From positions 310,001 through 374,000 of the forward strand of contig QPMI01000477.1 in NCBI GenBank assembly GCA_004431415.1: 64,000 nt of DNA. The letters run 5' to 3'. The notes beneath the pieces are model-generated. The model was not told the origin of the DNA, did no database searches, and worked only from the letters and a program-made list of their open reading frames with translations. How positions within the stretch are numbered: position 1 is the stretch's first letter; each line of letters begins with the position of its first letter. The position numbers and the translations under genes are program-made. Shown piece after piece: positions 60,371 through 64,000 of the stretch. Source of the stretch: Cyanophora paradoxa CCMP329. Taxonomy: Eukaryota > Plantae > Glaucophyta.

Positions 60371-63300
60371 TCACGTGAGGCCGTCCTCCGCCTCTGCGTC
60401 GGGGGCGGGCACGCCGAACTTCTCCCGCAGCTTCTGCAGCTCCTCCTCGCTCTCTGCGGGATTCGAATTCGAATTCGAGTCGCCGGGCCGCGAACGAGGG
60501 GAAGGAAGGGAAGGGGGGTACCGGCGAGGCAGCAGAGGAGGTCGTCCTGCTCGGAGCGGAGCTCCGAGAGCTCGCCCTCGAGGGCCGCGACACGGGCCCG
60601 GAGCGCCTCCGCCTCCGCCTCCCCGCCCGCCGCCGCCGCCCCCGCCGGCCCGTCCGCCGCGCCGCTCGCCCGCGCCCGCCCGAGCTCCTCCTGCAGCTCC
60701 TCGACGCGCGCCTGCAGCTGCCCGCTCCGCCGCTCCCTGCGCAGCTTTGAGCCCCTCCTCCCATCGAGCTCCTCTGAGCGGCGGGGGAGGGGAGCGCACG
60801 CGGCGTCGAGGAGGCCCCGGAGGAGCGCCGCCGACTCGCGCTCCCCGGCCGCCTCCTCGCGGGCCGCCGCCAGCTCCTCCTTCAGCGCCGCCGCCTCCGC
60901 CGCCGGCACCGCGGGGCCCGACTGCAGCTCCGCCACCTTCGCCCGGAGCTCCCGCAGCTCCGCGTCCTGGCGTACCCCCCGTCAGCGCGAGAGGAGGGCG
61001 GGGTCACAATAACTCAGGTGAGCTCGAGCTCGGATGAACCTGGTCGCGGATGAGCTGCTTGTAGTGGGATATGACGGCGTCGGCGGCGCCGCCGTCCGAG
61101 GCCTCCCCGCGGTCGCCCCCCCGGGGGCCCTTGGAGGAGCCGGGGGGCGTCGGGGCGGAGTAGGAGGAGGAGGAGGCGGGGGCGGCCCCGGGCGTCTGAT
61201 GCATCTGCTGCTGGGGCCGGGCCACGAAGGCCGAGACGAGCTCCTGGCGGACGGCCTTGGAGGAGGCGGCGACGTGCGAAGCAAGCGCCGGGTCGAAGGC
61301 GTCCAGAGCGACGGCCGCCTCGTCGTCGGCCCCGGCCGGCGTCGCCGACTGCTGAGGCGCGCCGGAGGCGGAGGCGGAGGCGGAGGCGGAGGCGCCGGGC
61401 GGGCGGCAGAGGGGCCCCCGCTCCAGAGCCTCCAGCAGGTCGGAGAAGGCCTCCATGCCGATCTTACCCAGGACCACCTCCACCCTGCGAACTTGCTCAG
61501 CAGACACTACGCTACGCTGTGCTACGCCCTGTTTGGGCGGGGCGGGGCGGGGCGCACCCGGGCGAGGAGGGGTCCCCCGGCTGCCCCAGGACGCAGGCGC
61601 TCAGCAGGAGCGCCGCGAGGGGCGCTGCGAGGCCCGAGCCGGCGGCGCCGGCGGCCGGGGGCATGGGCGAGGGCGAGCGCTGCGCGGCCGGCGAGGGGGC
61701 CGCCGGGGCGGCCGTGGGGGGAGGAGCTGCCCCGGGCGATCTCGACGAGGAGGGGGAGGATGGGCGGGGAGGAGAGGAGCGCGGCGAGGGCCGCGGGGGA
61801 GGCGGAGCACCAAACGGCCGCCAGGCGGAGCAGGGACTCGGCCCGTGGGCCGTCCCCCGCCCGCGCCGCGGCGGGCAGCGCCTTGAGCACGCGGGCGAAG
61901 ACAGTCTCGGCCGAGTCGACGTCGTAGGCGGCGCGGAGGGCGGCGTCGGCGGCCGCCTGGTTGCCGGCGACGACCATGGCGAGGAGGTGCCCGGCCGCCG
62001 CCGAGGCGCCGCTCTCGGGCGGGGGCGCCCCCGGCCGCCCAAGGAGGGCCCCCACCACCAGCCGGCCCAGCGGCATCGCGTCTGAGAGCCGGTCAGGACG
62101 GTTAGCCCGCCCCGGCGCGGGCGCCGGGCACCGGCGTCGGGCATGTCGATGCTGTCGGCGGCGGCGAAGTCGGTCATTCCGGAGGCGTTGAGGGTCGAGG
62201 CGAGGGGGAGCTGCCCCTCCGCGTTCTTCCGCAGGTACGCCTGCAACCCGGCCCGCTTGGGACAGGACGAAAAGAAAGGCGGGGCGGGCGGGGCGCACGC
62301 GGAAGACGGAGAGCGCTGCTGCGCGCTCCGAGGGCGTCTTGCCGTAGATAGTGACAAGGGTCAGCTGCACGAGGGCCGGCACGGGCCGCCGCCGGGGCCC
62401 GCCGCCCCCGCCGCCGCCGCCGCCGTCGGAGCCGCCGACGGCGTGCCTGTCGAGCGCGGCCCGCGCCTGCGCGTGCTCCGCGATGACAGCCGCCAGCGTC
62501 CGCAGGGCCTGCACCTGGAGCTGCGGCGGGCCTCAGCGAACTCTGGTGGGAAGAGGGGGGCGGGGCGGGGCGGGCCTTGTGGGAGAGGCGGGCGGAGGGC
62601 GGGGCGAGCGCGATGTCGGCGATGCCCTCCACGACCCGAAGCTTCGCCAGGAGCGCCTGCGCAGGCCGCCTTCTTCAGAAAGGGCGAGGCAAAGGCGAGG
62701 GAAAGGGCGCGCCTTGTTGGCGGAGGTGTTGGAGTCGGAGGGGGAGTCCGGGGAGGGCGTCACGAGCAGGGAGATGACGTGCAGCGCCAGCGTCGCGTTG
62801 GAGGCCTTCTGGTCCGTGAGGGCGGCGAGCCACGACCCGCCCTGCGTCGCCAGCAGCGGCGGCAGCCGCTGCGCGCAGCCCGTCTCCCTGAAGAAGACCT
62901 GGGGAACGATAAAAGTGAGATAGATAGATAGATAGATAGATAAGTAAAACGGGATCTCAAGCTTATTATTGATTTTTATTTATCGGACCTGGTTGGAGGT
63001 GTTGTTTCTTAAGAGGTTGGCGATGAGCTGGAGGCAGTCGTGGACGATGACGCCGCCGTCCGTCCCGCCCTCCTCCCGCACCGTGTCCAGCAGCCGCTCG
63101 AACGCGTTCTCGAACGCCACGATCTGACCCCCCGCGAGGCTCGGCCCGGGCCGGCCGGCCCGGCGCGGCCCCGCGCACCTTCTGGATCTCGGCGTTGTTC
63201 CGCGTGAGTGCGATCAGGAGCAGCAGCGACTCTGCAGTGACTGTCAGAGGGGGGGACGAGGGAAGGGGGGGTACCGCACCGTTACGGATGACGTCGGTGC

Positions 63301-64000
63301 GGTCGGAGAGCATGTCCATGAGGCGCGGTATGCCGAGCGGGCTCGCCACGATGCCGGCCTGCAGCAGCGCCGAGTCGTTCTGCAGCAGCGTCGTCAGCAC
63401 CTGGATCGTCAGGTACCGGATCTGCGTAGTGGTCAGCGCGGGGCGCGCGGGGCGCACGGGGCTCGCGGGGCTCGCGGGGCCGCGCGCGCCTGCCAGTCGG
63501 CCTCCTGGAGGAGGTCCATCAGCAAGGCGATGTTCTTCGAGTCCCTCGCGAAGAACGCGGTGTTGTCGTGCGCGACGCGCGACGCGTCGATGTAGGGCTG
63601 CCACGCGTCTGAGCGGCGGGCGGCGGGCGTGTGGGAGGGCGGCGGGCGGCGCCGCACCGCGTCGCGCGGGCCATCCGCTGGCGTCATGATGTTGCGGAGC
63701 GTCTCGAGGGCGGCTATCATGCACTCCGAGTCGTCCCGGTTGTGCCGCAGCACGTCGGCGAGCACCTTCACGCCGCGCTCCCCGAAGGCCTGCGCCGCAC
63801 GGCAAAGTTAGCTCAGGGCGAAGGCCGCATGCGGAACGCTGCTCACCCGGTCGACGGCGCTGTTCTCGCTCACGTCCTTCAGCTCCAGGACCGCGGCGCG
63901 TCGCACATCGGGGAGGACGCTGTTGGAGACGCGCTCGATGATGGTCTCAACGGGAACGACCTCGCTCTGGGCTGCGAGTGCGCGTCGTTAGCGGAGTGGC
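60371..64000 (-). CDS. USO1: General vesicular transport factor p115/Uso1 (5' end at or beyond the window edge)
   Basis: VETIIERV, PLGIPRLMDMLSDRTDVIRNESLLLLIALT, NAEIQKIVAFENAFERL, GGVIVHDCL, NLLRNNTSNQVFFRE and the C-terminal coiled coil EQDDLLCCLA. Confidence 0.95.

Overview
This is eukaryotic nuclear DNA: very GC-rich and intron-dense, with most introns about 40-90 nt and C-rich on the sense strand. Most ORFs in the supplied track are therefore shadow frames or exon fragments. A plastid-plus-thylakoid-lumen presequence with an N-terminal Phe (MNCFV...) points to a primary-plastid alga, possibly a glaucophyte such as Cyanophora; this is inference only. Layout: (1) 1-1987, the right end of an AT-rich foreign element with a phage-like iteron array, two inverted-iteron hairpins and a 29-bp terminal inverted repeat. 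(2) About 2.9-19.8 kb, a tandem segmental duplication [unknown helical-repeat gene - F-box/LRR gene - TPR gene 3' part] with reciprocal decay, plus two copies of a Helitron-like element carrying CACAG MITEs. (3) A compact gene cluster: lumenal TPR protein, MMADHC-like, a hypothetical gene, ORC5 and an F-box/LRR gene. (4) About 31-37 kb, a transposon graveyard with a motif-swapping Tc1/pogo-type MITE family and Helitron/hAT relics. (5) A ~14-kb soluble adenylyl cyclase (ADCY10-like AC-AC-STAND-TPR) gene with altered key residues and junction-duplicated introns. (6) PRPF3, CCDC6, a TPP1/Est3-like OB-fold gene, a Gly-rich protein and USO1/p115. Gene coordinates are hand-spliced spans that include introns, and some ends are approximate.
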